Source of the DNA: Squalus acanthias
Lineage: Eukaryota
Assembly: GCA_030390025.1 (NCBI GenBank)
Contig: CM059449.1
Location: forward strand, 35,030,001 to 35,094,000
DNA length: 64,000 bases
Direction of reading: 5' to 3'
Below, one piece after another: positions 38,600 through 49,767 of the stretch. The translations under genes and the position numbers were made by a program. Under the pieces are notes generated by a model. That model worked only from the letters and a program-made list of their open reading frames with translations, searched no databases and was not told the origin of the DNA. Positions within the stretch are counted from its first letter, which is position 1. Every line of letters begins with the position of its first letter.

Positions 38600-40727
38600 A
38601 TTGAAACTTCTCGCAGTGTGGTATCCTTGTGCTGAGGCTTATCAGTTAAGTTTCTGAGTGAGACGTTGTTCTGGTCTAATATGATATCAAAATATTTCAA
38701 ACTGGATTGTAGGGCATCTACACATAGCCCGAGAGTCATTCCGCTCCACACCTCGGAAGCGGGATTCATGAAATGTACCAGATTTGCGCTCTATTAAATA
38801 TTGTACATTGTAATTAGTAGAAAGGTAGGTATTCCGATATGACTTGTATAATCACTTTAATCAATTTTCAGCAGTTGGTTCTCTTGCAATGCTGCTGCCA
38901 AATCTAAAAACAACCTGGGGCGATTGTTAAAAGAACCAGTGAAGAGACACGGATTGCTGGCGCTGCATCGGCGGTGCACAGGGAGTATATTACACACATA
39001 TACAGCTTCCGAGTTTGCTGCAGTGTAATGGCCCACACTGGGGAGTCATCGGCAAACTGTTTTTTCTCATCTAACCTGAAAAGAATACAAACTGCGAGCT
39101 CGGCCATACCCGTTCACGGTGGGATTCTAACACTTGGTCGAGGCACAAGGGTTCGGGTTTGACTTTCGACGCTAGTGTAAAAGGAATGATATCGGATGGG
39201 CCGCCCGTTATACACTCCTCCCGAAGCTTAATTTAATTGAGGCCAAAGATAAACTGAACCCAGGAAGCTGGGTTTTATTCTGAATTGGAGTCCCTTTTGT
39301 GCTAAAGACTCGGTAAAATGGAGCAGTAATGGGCTCCGCCTCTACTACCTCCTGTGAGGCATCTGATAGTCTTTAAATAGTGAAAGCGTGGGTGGAAACC
39401 CCGTGCATTGTGCGGTAGCTTTAACTATCGACCGCAGTGTAAATTGAGCGATATGGGATTCACCGCCCATTATACGCCAGGCCTGATTTCCCTTTCCATT
39501 CAAGTGATGGAAGTGAAAATAGGGCAGGACCTATAATTAGCGGACAGTTCGATATCACCCATTTTACATTATCATCCAAAGTTAACAGGTCTCCTGTTGT
39601 CCGCAACAATTGCCCCAAACGCGATCCTTCTTGTCACCAGCACCATATAAGGGCGATATTACCTGCAGACTGGTTCCCTGAGGCCATCCCACATTGAGCA
39701 GGCCGTTATGATTGCTGCAGCTGTAGTTTGCTGTTACTTTTGAAGCCTGTTGATTTTAGCTCCTTTGCTCATGTTGAACCAAGCCTGTAATGAAGTTTGG
39801 AACTGATTGGTCGAGGCGGAACCCAAACTGAGCATGGGTGAGCAGGTTATTGGTGAGTAAGTGCTGCTTGTTAGCACTTTTGACGAAACTTTCCATCACT
39901 TTGCTGATGATTGAGAGTAGACTGAATGGGCGGTAATTGGCCACATTGGATTGTCCTGCTTTTAGTGAATAGAACATACCCGGGCAGTTTTCCACATTGT
40001 CGGGTACATGCCAGTGATGTAGCTGTACTGGAACTGCTCGGCTAGAGGCACGGCTAGTTCCAGAGAATAGCAGGATAGCGAGATGTTGTCGGGGCCCATA
40101 GCCTTTGCTGTATTCAGTACACTCAGCTGCTTATTGATATCACGTGGAGTGAATCGAATTGGCTGAAGACTGTCTTCTTTGAAGGTGCGGATATCAATAG
40201 GAGACCGAGATGAATCTTTCACTCGACAATTCTGGCTGAAGATGGTTGCAAACGCTTCAGCCTTGTCTTTTGCACTCACGTCTTCAAAAGACAGGATTGA
40301 ATACTAAGTGTTGATTAAGATTATTACAGTATTACACGATACATTGCAATCATTGAGGATGGGGAATTCTGGGAAGCTCCTCTCCCATTATTTGTTTAAT
40401 TGCCCACCACCATTCACGACTGGATGTCGCAGGACTGCAGAGCTTTCATCTGTTCCGTTGATTGTGGGATCGGTTAGCCCTGTGTATAGCCCGCTGCTTC
40501 CGCTGTTTAGCATGCATGTAGTCTGAGTTGCAACTGCAACAATTTGGCATCTAATTTTTAGGTACGCCTAGTGCTGCTCCTGGCATGCTCTTCTGCACAC
40601 TTCACTGAAGCAGGGTTGGTCTCCTGGCTTGATGATAATTGTAGAGTGAAATATATACCTGCCCATGAGGTTACAAAAATGAGAAGTCGCACAACACCAG
40701 GTTATAGTCCAACAGATTTATTTAAAA

Positions 40728-40765
40728 TTACAAGCTTTCGGAGCTGTCGCCCCTTCCTCAGGTAA
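40728..40765 (-). ncRNA. Minimal hammerhead ribozyme motif (core intact)
   Basis: UUAC-CUGAGGA-A-GGGGC GACA GCUCC-GAAA-GCUU-GUAA. Confidence 0.75.
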
Positions 40766-41378
40766 AGTTACAACGAGTGAATCTACAATATTTCACAGTA
40801 TATAAACACAGAAACTGCAGAGATACAATCTTTCAGGGAAGGTGTCCTTACATCAAAGACACACCAAGAGCACAGCCAAGACAATGAGATGTGTCACAGG
40901 GGGTCCAACTTGTCAAATCCTGCTGTCTGCAGTTTTTTTTGTGTTTGTTTTTTTTGTGTTTTTTTTAAAAACTGGAAAGACAGACAACGATGTCGAGTCA
41001 CGTTCTGCGGGTTAGCGTTCTCCAAGGCGGCCTTCGAAACACACGACAACGCAAAATCATCGAGCAGAAACTGATAGCCAAGTTCCGCACCCATGAGGAC
41101 GGCCTCAATAGGGGTATCGGGTTCATGTCACGCTACAGTATGCGACTCGACATCGTTGTCTGCCTTTCCAGTTTAAAAAAAAAACACAAAAAAACAAACC
41201 CCCCCAAAAAACTGCAGACAGCAGGATTTGACACGTTGGACACCCTGTGACACATCTCATTGTCTTGGCTGTGCTCTTGGTGTGTCTTTGATGTAAGGAC
41301 ACCTTCCCTGAAAGATTGTATCTCTGCAGTTTCTGTGTTTATATACTGTGAAATATTGTAGATTCACTCATTGTAGCT

Positions 41379-41417
41379 TTACCTCAGGAAGGGGGCGACA
41401 GCTCCGAAAGCTTGTAA
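41379..41417 (+). ncRNA. Hammerhead motif with a core mutation (CUCAGGA), probably inactive
   Basis: TTAC-CTCAGGA-A-GGGGGCGACAGCTCC-GAAAGCTT-GTAA. Confidence 0.6.
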
Positions 41418-42360
41418 TTTTAAATAAATCTGTTGGACTATAACCTGGTGTTGTGCGACTTCTCATTTTTGTCCACCCCAGTCCAACGCCGGCATCTCCG
41501 CATGATGAGGTTACAGATTGAGGTGGAATACAATTCTGGTGCTGCAGATGGCCCACAGCGCCTCATGCATGCCCAGTTTTGAGCTGCTAGAACTGTTCTG
41601 AATCTATCCTATTTAACACGTTGGCAGTGCCACACAACACGATGGAGGGTGTCCTCAGTGTGAAGAGAGGACTTCGACTCCACAATGATTGTGCGGTGGT
41701 CACCACTACCAATACTGTCATGAACAGATGCATCTGTGACAGGTAGATTGGTGAGGACGAGGTCAAGTGGGTTTTGCCCTCGTGTTGGTTCTCTCACCAC
41801 CTGTCACAGGCCCAGCCTGGCAGTTATGGCCTTCAGGACTCGGCCAGCTCGGTCAGTAGTGGTGACACTGAGTCACTCTTGGTGATTGGCATTGAATTCC
41901 TTCACCCAAAGTACATTCTGTGTAACTTCTAGCCTCAGTGCTTCTTCCAAGTGATTTTAAACATGGAGGAGTACTGATACATCAGGTGATGGAGGGCGGG
42001 AGCTAATAATCAGCAGGAGCTTTCCTTGGCCATGATCGACCTGAAGCCATCCGACTTTGTAACAGTGAATCTCTTGAATTCAACAAAGTGGGAAGTTGAC
42101 GGACTTCAGAGTTTATGAGGCATTGTTTTATTGTCTTTATATACTTGTCCCTTCAAATAAAAGATGCTTTAATATTCCCCAGTCATCATCGAGTGTCAAG
42201 TCATGTGCATTAACATTCCAACCAGGCTGTCCTCTTCAACACACAACTGCTTACTTTTCTGCTTAATTAATTTTCAAACACGGTCTCGGACAAAGACAAA
42301 GAAAACCCCATCAAGCTTATATGATGTATAATTTTACACAGACTGATGATCTGCACAGTT

Positions 42361-43123
42361 GGCCCAAAAATTCGGCCGTTCCCGGGTGAGTACACAGTCC
42401 GTACTCACCCGTATTCATTCCCGAAGTGCCGGTTTCCTGCATGCATTGCGCATGCGCGGGAAACCGGAACTTCCGGTATGGTGAAGTGGGCGGTTCCTAG
42501 GTGAACCGCGTACGCACTAGAGGCTGCGCGCTTGCAGCACACTAAGATTTTTTTTCCGGTTTCAACGGGAGGGTAAGTATTGAAGATTCTACGCTAATAA
42601 AAAGGAGGCGTAAGACCACTTTTGAACAAGGTAAGTAGTTAATTAAGTATAATTTTAATTTTTTTTCAACAGGTTTATCTTTTTTAGATACTTTAAAGAA
42701 AGGTAAGTTTATTTTTATAACTTTTAAAAAGTATTTTAATTTTTTCAAAAATTAAAATTTTTGTTTAAAGTGGTTAATTTATTTAACTATAGTTATTTTA
42801 TAAATGTGATGGTTTAAAAAAAAATTATTTGAAGTTTAGCTGTTCTTTTGGGGCCGATTTCAATTCACAGATTTGATAGGTCTCCTGTCAAATCTATGAA
42901 TGAAAGATGGTCTGCTGCCATTGGCTCTCCATGGCCCACGTGATTCCAGGGGTCGCATCGCACTAACTGCGGCCCTGGAACACGCAAGCACTGCGCGCCG
43001 GCTCTTGGGTGAGGCCCAGGACCTGAAGTTCCTGTGGGCCCAAAACACAACAGCAGGCATGGTGGGAAAGAGCGCACGCGATCCTTACCCCCGCGGCAAG
43101 CCGGCCACGCGAATTTCTAGGCC
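42361..43123 (+). mobile_element. Harbinger-type MITE, copy 1
   Basis: Imperfect TIR GGCCCAAAAATTCG / CGAATTTCTAGGCC; colinear with 44704-45426. Confidence 0.75.
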
Positions 43124-43279
43124 AATGTCATCACTACTATGGGAATAATCGAATTGTCTTAAAGAAACTTCATGATCATGTACGAACGTATGACGAACAT
43201 TTTTTCTTCAATCCTTCCTCTATCAACGGGCAAAATCATTGCAAAATATCCGTGCTCAGTAGCAGTGAATATGACTTGC

Positions 43280-43437
43280 CTCAATCTGTTTGTTCAAATG
43301 AATGTAACTAACGCTAATCATTATGTAATGCTCATGTGTCACTTGAGGTTTCTCTCAGGTATAAATAAGAACTTATTTTGAAAGCAGAAGTTCTGCGAGT
43401 CCACAACACTAACAGACAACGTCGCTTCTCTCCGAAT
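43280..43437 (+). promoter_or_regulatory. GPCR promoter conserved with 56208-56365 on -, containing a TATA box
   Basis: AATCTGTTTGTTCAAATGA...AATCATTATGTAATG...TGTGTCAC.TGAGGTTTCTCTCAGGTATAAATA is shared by both paralogues. Confidence 0.7.
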
Positions 43438-43507
43438 ATGGGACAGCCGGTGATCATACAGATAGAGAACATTTACTATCCTATTCTTGCAATAGTTGGT
43501 CTTCCTG
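43438..43507 (+). CDS. Orphan GPR139-like exon 1 (MGQPVIIQIENIYYPILAIVGLP)
   Basis: Near-identical to exon 1 at 56138-56207, with donor CCTG|GTAAG. No + strand exon 2 was found in the window. Confidence 0.8.
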
Positions 43508-44703
43508 GTAAGCCGCTTATCATCAGTTAATGCTCATTTTTAACAGTGCTTCACTGCTGTCGGAGTAATGATATTATTTGTTTGCTTTGATGTGTTTTAT
43601 TTGCAGACAATAATTACCGGCATCAAAAAAATCACTCAAAATGGCTTCAAGTTTCTGTCATATTGTTAATGTACCAACCGGAGTGGAAGCTCTTTACTCT
43701 GACTATTTAAATTTATCAATTTAGTGAAGAACCCTTGGCCTTGACAGACAGTCTTGCAGTTCTGTATCTGGTACAAGTATTGGTATCGGATCGAGTAGCC
43801 ATACCAGCAATTCTTAAAAGGATTCACGGGGGCTGCTCAAGAAAAGGCAAAGGAGTTTTTAAATATATATTTGTGAATCCAGGAGAAATATAAGAGATCC
43901 TCCCGCACACACAAAAACGCTCTGGCGCAATATTGGCGTATTGTCGCCTCACCGGGATTGATTCCCGCCCGTTGCCAGATCAGCGCCGGCGCTGATTGAT
44001 TCCCCGCGCTTCCCAACCGGGAGCAGCTCCGGGCGCCCTTCTGGCGCATTCAGCTGGCCAGCAGCGTGTGAACAATGCTGAAAGCCGAGCCACAGGCGCT
44101 GAAATTGATCTTCCTCAGCAGCGCGAGACGGAGTTGGAGCGAATGGGTCGCTCATTTTACACCCAGTCTGATATCCGTTTACATTGAGGTCAATGGAAAG
44201 GGAAATCGGGCGCATTGTAAAGCAGACTGCCTGTGAGCTATGAGCTCATTTCAGGCGACTGGCGAAGACCAATTTTACCCCTGAATCTGGCATGTCTTAC
44301 GTGGAGAACACATTTTGGGTGCAACTCGAATTTTCCGGTGCATTTATACTATAACTATAGACTATAGTGTAGATTATGGTCTTTACCACCTGAACATTTT
44401 GAATTACTTTGGTGGAGCGCAGAGCGGTGCAGATGAAGTCAATGGAAATGTAATTTGTGCAAAATGGTCCGCCAATTCGCTATCGCCAGTTTTATACCAC
44501 CATCGAAGACCAATTTACGTCCATGGTCACTAATTTTCTGACTAGGGACTGGAGCAACGAATTTTACACTGCAACTTACTATGGAAATCCGTGGGTGTAT
44601 GTGTTGGTGCCAGGCGAGGTCATTGATCGCGGCAACTGCTCAGTAATTGCCTTTATAGTGAAACCCGAAGCGCTTGATTAATTCTGAAACTGTGCGTTAT
44701 ATT

Positions 44704-45426
44704 GGCCCAAAAATTAGTCCCGCTACGCGAGAGTACGCACTGTGTACTCTCGCGTATTCTGTCTCCAATTGCCGGTTTTCTGCATGCACTGCGCATGCGC
44801 TGAAAACCGGCACTTGGTGAATGGAAAAGGGGGCGGGTCCTAGGTGAACCGCGTGCGCGCTACAGGCTGCGCGCACGCTGTGCACTTAGTGGTTTCAATG
44901 CGCAGGTTAGGACGGAAGATTTTAGAAATGAAAAAAGGAGGAGTAAGACCCACTTTTAACAAGGTAAGTAGTGAATTAAGTATTATTTTGAATTTTTTTT
45001 AACAGGTATATCTTTTTTAGAGACTTTAAAGACAGGTAAGTTTATTTTTATAACTTTTTAAAAGATTTTAAATTTTTATTTAAAATGGTTAATTTATTGA
45101 ACTATACTTATTTTATTAATGTGATGGTTTTTTAAAAATTTAATTGAGGTTTAACGGTTCTTTTGGGGGGCTATAGTATTCATAACTTTCACAGCACTTA
45201 TGTGAAAGTTATGAATGGAAGATGGTGTGCTGCCATTGGCTCTAACTGAGTCACGTGATCCCACAGCTCGCACGAATTAACTGCGCCGGTGGGATACGCA
45301 AGCCCAGCACAGCAGCTGTCCAGAACATCAAGTTCGTGCGAGCTGGAACTGAAAAAGCCAACGCGGAGTGAGAGATCGCGGGGAGGCCTTACCCTCGCAC
45401 GAAGGCTTCCTCACGAATTTTTGGGC
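44704..45426 (+). mobile_element. Harbinger-type MITE, copy 2
   Basis: GGCCCAAAAATTAG ... CGAATTTTTGGGC; homologous to 42361-43123. Confidence 0.75.
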
Positions 45427-46698
45427 ATGTATACTTAAAAAAAATTGAGTCCGTTGGACAATATTGAACTTCAATGTGATACAAGTGTTTACAATGATGG
45501 AAGTTTGGAAAAGGATAGATATAAGCTGTATGTTTCAATAGTTGAGTGACCAAGAATGAGAGGAGTCATCGATAGAAGATTAAATGTAAGAGATTTAGAG
45601 CAAAGTGAAGCAGGAAGTTCTGTACATAATGGTTTGTAAGGCTGTGGAAATCAGTTGCAGGGTTAGTGTTTGAGGCATAAACAGTGTCAACATTCAAGTC
45701 TAAATTGTACAGGTGGATGATGAAATATCACACAATACTGATATGGTAGGTGCACAGTCTTAGTCCAGTGACAGACACGAATTGATGTTTAAGAAAATTT
45801 GAAGGTGTTTGACGTTTCCTATTAAAAGAGCAGGTACCGAGTGACACAATTGGATTGTCCAACACCATGAAGGCGATGAGCAAGTTTATTCAACCTAATT
45901 ATTCTATGTGGTGAACATTTCAAATTTCATGTTACATGTAGAAAGTTTGCAACTTGAGAGCAAAATATCAGGTCAGGCAGGAACTGTCACTGAAAGGATC
46001 AAACATCCGTGGCATAATTTGAAAGAGTCGCCAGTTGAAGGGAATCGTCAGCAGTTCAACAGATAACTACGCATGTTTTTGACGGAATGAGGAGGATCAG
46101 CGACAACCTACATATATGTTTCTGTAATTGATTTTCTTAGTTTCTGCAAAAATGTGTGTTTGATCCAATCCTATAACGCCTGTCTTATACTACAGGCAGA
46201 CGTTACTATTAACCCAATAGCAAAATACTGCGGATGCTGGAAATCTGAATCAACAACAGAAAAAGCTGGAAGCATTCAGCAGGTCAGGCAGTATAGTGGA
46301 GAGAGAAACAGATTTAACTTTTCAGGTCGATGACCCTTCGTCAGAACTGGAAAAAGAACACGGAACTAATTTTTTTCTCCCCTTGTCCAGTCTCTTCTCA
46401 CCTACATTTGCGACTCTTCTGACGTCCTCCGCCATTTAAACATTTTGCAATTTACTGGCCCCAACCGTCTCATTTTCAGTATGTACATCCAATCCCTCTA
46501 CACCTCCATCCCCCACCAGGACGGCCTGAGGGCGCTCCGCTTCTTCGTTCAATAGAGGCCCAAACAGTCCCCATCCACCACCGCCCTCCTCCGTCTGGTT
46601 GAACTTGTTCTGATGCGGAGATGCCGGTGTTGGACTGGGGTGGACAAAATTGAGAGGTCGCACAACACCAGGTTATAGTCCAACAGTTTTATTTGAAA

Positions 46699-46736
46699 TC
46701 ACAAGCTTTCGGAGCTATCGCTCCTTCCTCAGGTGA
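46699..46736 (-). ncRNA. Minimal hammerhead ribozyme motif in the left (inverted) pLTR
   Basis: Reverse complement of 49730-49767. Confidence 0.78.
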
Positions 46737-47176
46737 AGTAAATTGGATACAGAATCGCCAGAGCATATATAGATGGAAAAAAAAGCATGTGTACTTTACA
46801 ATTGCAGACCAATAAATTAAATCATCCTGACTATCTGCCGAGGTGTGATAAAGTTAATTAAGTCAGCCAGGAAGGTACCACATCAAAAGACATAGCAAGA
46901 TACAACTGAGACAATGAGGTGTAGTCGCAGGGGTTCTAACGTGTCAAAAGCTGCCGTCTGTATGTAAAACGAAAAGCTTTAAAAAAAATTTACTTTTTTA
47001 CTGGGAAAATTTTTACTTTTTTACTGGGAATCACATCTGTGAACAAGCTAACGACGACTCGAGTCCGGATCACGTCATGTATCGTGACATAAACCCAAGA
47101 TCCCGATTGAGACCGTCTTCATGAGTGCGGTACCCCCGGTACCACGGATGCAACCACAGGGAAGTCCATCGTCAAC

Positions 47177-49396
47177 TTGTCCGACCATACCCTTCAACCA
47201 GACGAAATCGAAGTTCTCGCCCTAGGGCTCAAGTTCTGCCCAACCACCAAAATGGACCCCATCGGTCTCGCGGCAGACACGGAGGAATTCATCAGGAGAA
47301 TGAGGCTCCGGGAATACTTCCACAAATCCCAAGATGTCAGCAACAAACCCAATGAGACAATCAATGATCCAGAACAGCAGACAGAGGGACTCGCAGTGCA
47401 GCAACCGAAGAAAAAAGAGTCAAACTGGACCCCTCCGGAGGGTCGCTTCCCCAAGCTTGACATGTATGCTCAAGCTGTCAGGAAATGCATCAACGCCAGA
47501 TTCATCAGCCGCACTCACAAGACAGTCCAGAATGTCACCCGAGCACAACGCAACGCCATCCACGCTCTCAAGACCAACCGCAACATTGTCATCAAACCAG
47601 CGGACAAAGGAGGAGCCATCGTCATACAGAACAGAACGGACTATTGTAAAGAAGCATACCGACAACTGGACAACCAGGAACACTACAGACAGCTACCCGC
47701 AGATCCGACCAAAGAACACACCCGCCAACTCAATAGACTGATCAAGACCTTCGATCCAGACCTTCAAAACATCCTACGCGCTCTCATCCCACGTACTCCC
47801 CGCGTGGGAGACTTCTACTGCCTCCCAAAGATACACAAAGCCAACACACCCGGACGTCCTATCGTATCAGGCAATGGAACCCTGTGTGAGAACCTCTCTG
47901 GATACGTCGAGGGCATTCTGAAACCCATCGTACAGGGAACCCCCAGCTTCTGTCGCGACACTACAGACTTCTTACAGAAACTCAGCACCCACGGACCAGT
48001 TGAACCAGGAACACTCCTTGCCACGATGGACGTATCGGCACTCTACACCAGTATCCCCCACGATGACGGCATCGCTGCAACAGCCTCAGTACTCAACATC
48101 AACAACAGCCAATCTCCAGACGCCATCCTACAACTCATCCGCTTCATCCTTGACCACAATGTCTTCACCTTCGACAACCATTTTTTTACCCAAACACACG
48201 GAACAGCCATGGGGACCAAATTCGCAACCCAATACGCCAACATCTTCATGCACAAGTTCGAGCAAGACTTCTTCGCTGCACAGGACCTCCAGCCAACGCT
48301 GTACACCAGATACATCGACGACATTTTCTTCCTTTGGACCCATGGCGAAGGATCACTGAAAAGACTACACGATAACATAAACAAGTTCCATCCCACCATC
48401 AAACTCACCATGGACTACTCCTCAGAATCGGTCTCATTCCTGGACACACGAATCTCCATCAAAGACGGACACCTCAGCACTTCACTCTACCGCAAGCCCA
48501 CGGACAACCTCACGATGCTCCACTTCTCCAGCTTCCACCCTAACCATGTTAAAGAAGCCATCCCCTATGGACAAGCCCTGCGAATACACAGGATCTGCTC
48601 AGACGAGGAGGAACGCGATGGACACCTACGGACGCTGAAAAACGCCCTCGTAAGAACGGGATATGACGCTCGACTCATCGATCGACAGTTCCGACGGGCC
48701 ACAGCGAAAAATCGCATAGACCTCCTCAGAAGGCAAACACGGGACACAACCAACAGGGTACCCTACGTCGTCCAGTACTTCCCCGGAGCGGAGAAACTAC
48801 GACATGTTCTTCGCAGCCTTCAACATGTCATCAATGACGACAAACACCTCGCTAAGGCCATCCCCACGCCTCCACTACTTGCCTTCAAACAGCCGCCTAA
48901 CCTCAGAAGTACCATCGTTCGCAGCAAATTACCCAGCTTTCAGGATAACAGCGACCACGACACCACACAACCCTGCCATGGCAAACTCTGCAAGACATGC
49001 CAGATCATCAACACAGATACCACCATCACACGTGAGGACACTACCCACCAGGTACATGGTACATACTCATGTGACTCGGCCAACGTTGTCTACCTCATAC
49101 GTTGCAGGAAAGAATGCACCGCGGCATGGTACATCGGCGAGACCATGCAGACACTGAGACAACGTATGAACGAGCACCGCGCAACAATCGCCATGCAGGA
49201 TTGTTACCTCCCAGTCGGGGAACACTTCAGCAGTCAAGGACATTCAGCCTCGGATCTGCGGGTAAGCGTTCTCCAAGGCAACCTTAGAAACACACGACAA
49301 CGCAAAATCATCGAGCAGAAACTGATAGCCAAGTTCCGCACTCATGAAGACGGTCTCAATCGGGATCTTGGGTTTATGTCACGATACATGACGTGA
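47177..49396 (+). CDS. Penelope RT + Cys-rich linker + GIY-YIG endonuclease; open frame, 5'-truncated at the inversion junction (~47130)
   Basis: VNLS, KPADKGG, FYCLPKIHK, GRPIVS, MDVSALYTSIP, GTAMG, RYIDD, FLD; PCHGKLCKTC linker; NVVYLIRC...WYIGET..LRQRMNEH...GLN. No stop over 739 codons. Confidence 0.96.
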   Translation: MSDHTLQPDEIEVLALGLKFCPTTKMDPIGLAADTEEFIRRMRLREYFHKSQDVSNKPNETINDPEQQTEGLAVQQPKKKESNWTPPEGRFPKLDMYAQAVRKCINARFISRTHKTVQNVTRAQRNAIHALKTNRNIVIKPADKGGAIVIQNRTDYCKEAYRQLDNQEHYRQLPADPTKEHTRQLNRLIKTFDPDLQNILRALIPRTPRVGDFYCLPKIHKANTPGRPIVSGNGTLCENLSGYVEGILKPIVQGTPSFCRDTTDFLQKLSTHGPVEPGTLLATMDVSALYTSIPHDDGIAATASVLNINNSQSPDAILQLIRFILDHNVFTFDNHFFTQTHGTAMGTKFATQYANIFMHKFEQDFFAAQDLQPTLYTRYIDDIFFLWTHGEGSLKRLHDNINKFHPTIKLTMDYSSESVSFLDTRISIKDGHLSTSLYRKPTDNLTMLHFSSFHPNHVKEAIPYGQALRIHRICSDEEERDGHLRTLKNALVRTGYDARLIDRQFRRATAKNRIDLLRRQTRDTTNRVPYVVQYFPGAEKLRHVLRSLQHVINDDKHLAKAIPTPPLLAFKQPPNLRSTIVRSKLPSFQDNSDHDTTQPCHGKLCKTCQIINTDTTITREDTTHQVHGTYSCDSANVVYLIRCRKECTAAWYIGETMQTLRQRMNEHRATIAMQDCYLPVGEHFSSQGHSASDLRVSVLQGNLRNTRQRKIIEQKLIAKFRTHEDGLNRDLGFMSRYMT

Positions 49397-49729
49397 TCCG
49401 GACTCGAGTCGTCGTTAGCTTGTTCACAGATGTGATTCCCAGTAAAAAAGTAAAAATTTTCCCAGTAAAAAAGTAATTTTTTTTTAAAGCTTTTCGTTTT
49501 ACATACAGACGGCAGCTTTTGACACGTTAGAACCCCTGCGACTACACCTCATTGTCTCAGTTGTATCTTGCTATGTCTTTTGATGTGGTACCTTCCTGGC
49601 TGACTTAATTAACTTTATCACACCTCGGCAGATAGTCAGGATGATTTAATTTATTGGTCTGCAATTGTAAAGTACACATGCTTTTTTTTCCATCTATATA
49701 TGCTCTGGCGATTCTGTATCCAATTTACT

Positions 49730-49767
49730 TCACCTGAGGAAGGAGCGATAGCTCCGAAAGCTTGTGA
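49730..49767 (+). ncRNA. Minimal hammerhead ribozyme motif in the 3' pLTR
   Basis: UCAC-CUGAGGA-A-GGAGC GAUA GCUCC-GAAA-GCUU-GUGA: stem I UCAC/GUGA, 5-bp stem II, palindromic AAGCUU helix III. Confidence 0.8.

Larger units (their letters stand above)
40676..41504 (+). mobile_element. Palindromic mini-Penelope: inverted pLTR, ORF 3' end, pLTR and tail; TSD ATGAGGTTACA
   Basis: 40676-40999 is the reverse complement of ~41144-41470. The spacer encodes RVSVLQGGLRNTRQRKIIEQKLIAKFRTHEDGLN. The direct repeat is at 40665-40675 and 41505-41515. Confidence 0.9.
39755..42050 (-). mobile_element. Decayed LINE (endonuclease plus RT start) interrupted by the palindromic PLE
   Basis: VREPTRG.NPLDLVLTN, SGDH, KAMGPDNI, NYRPFSLLSIISKVME, AQFGFR. 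Confidence 0.85.
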
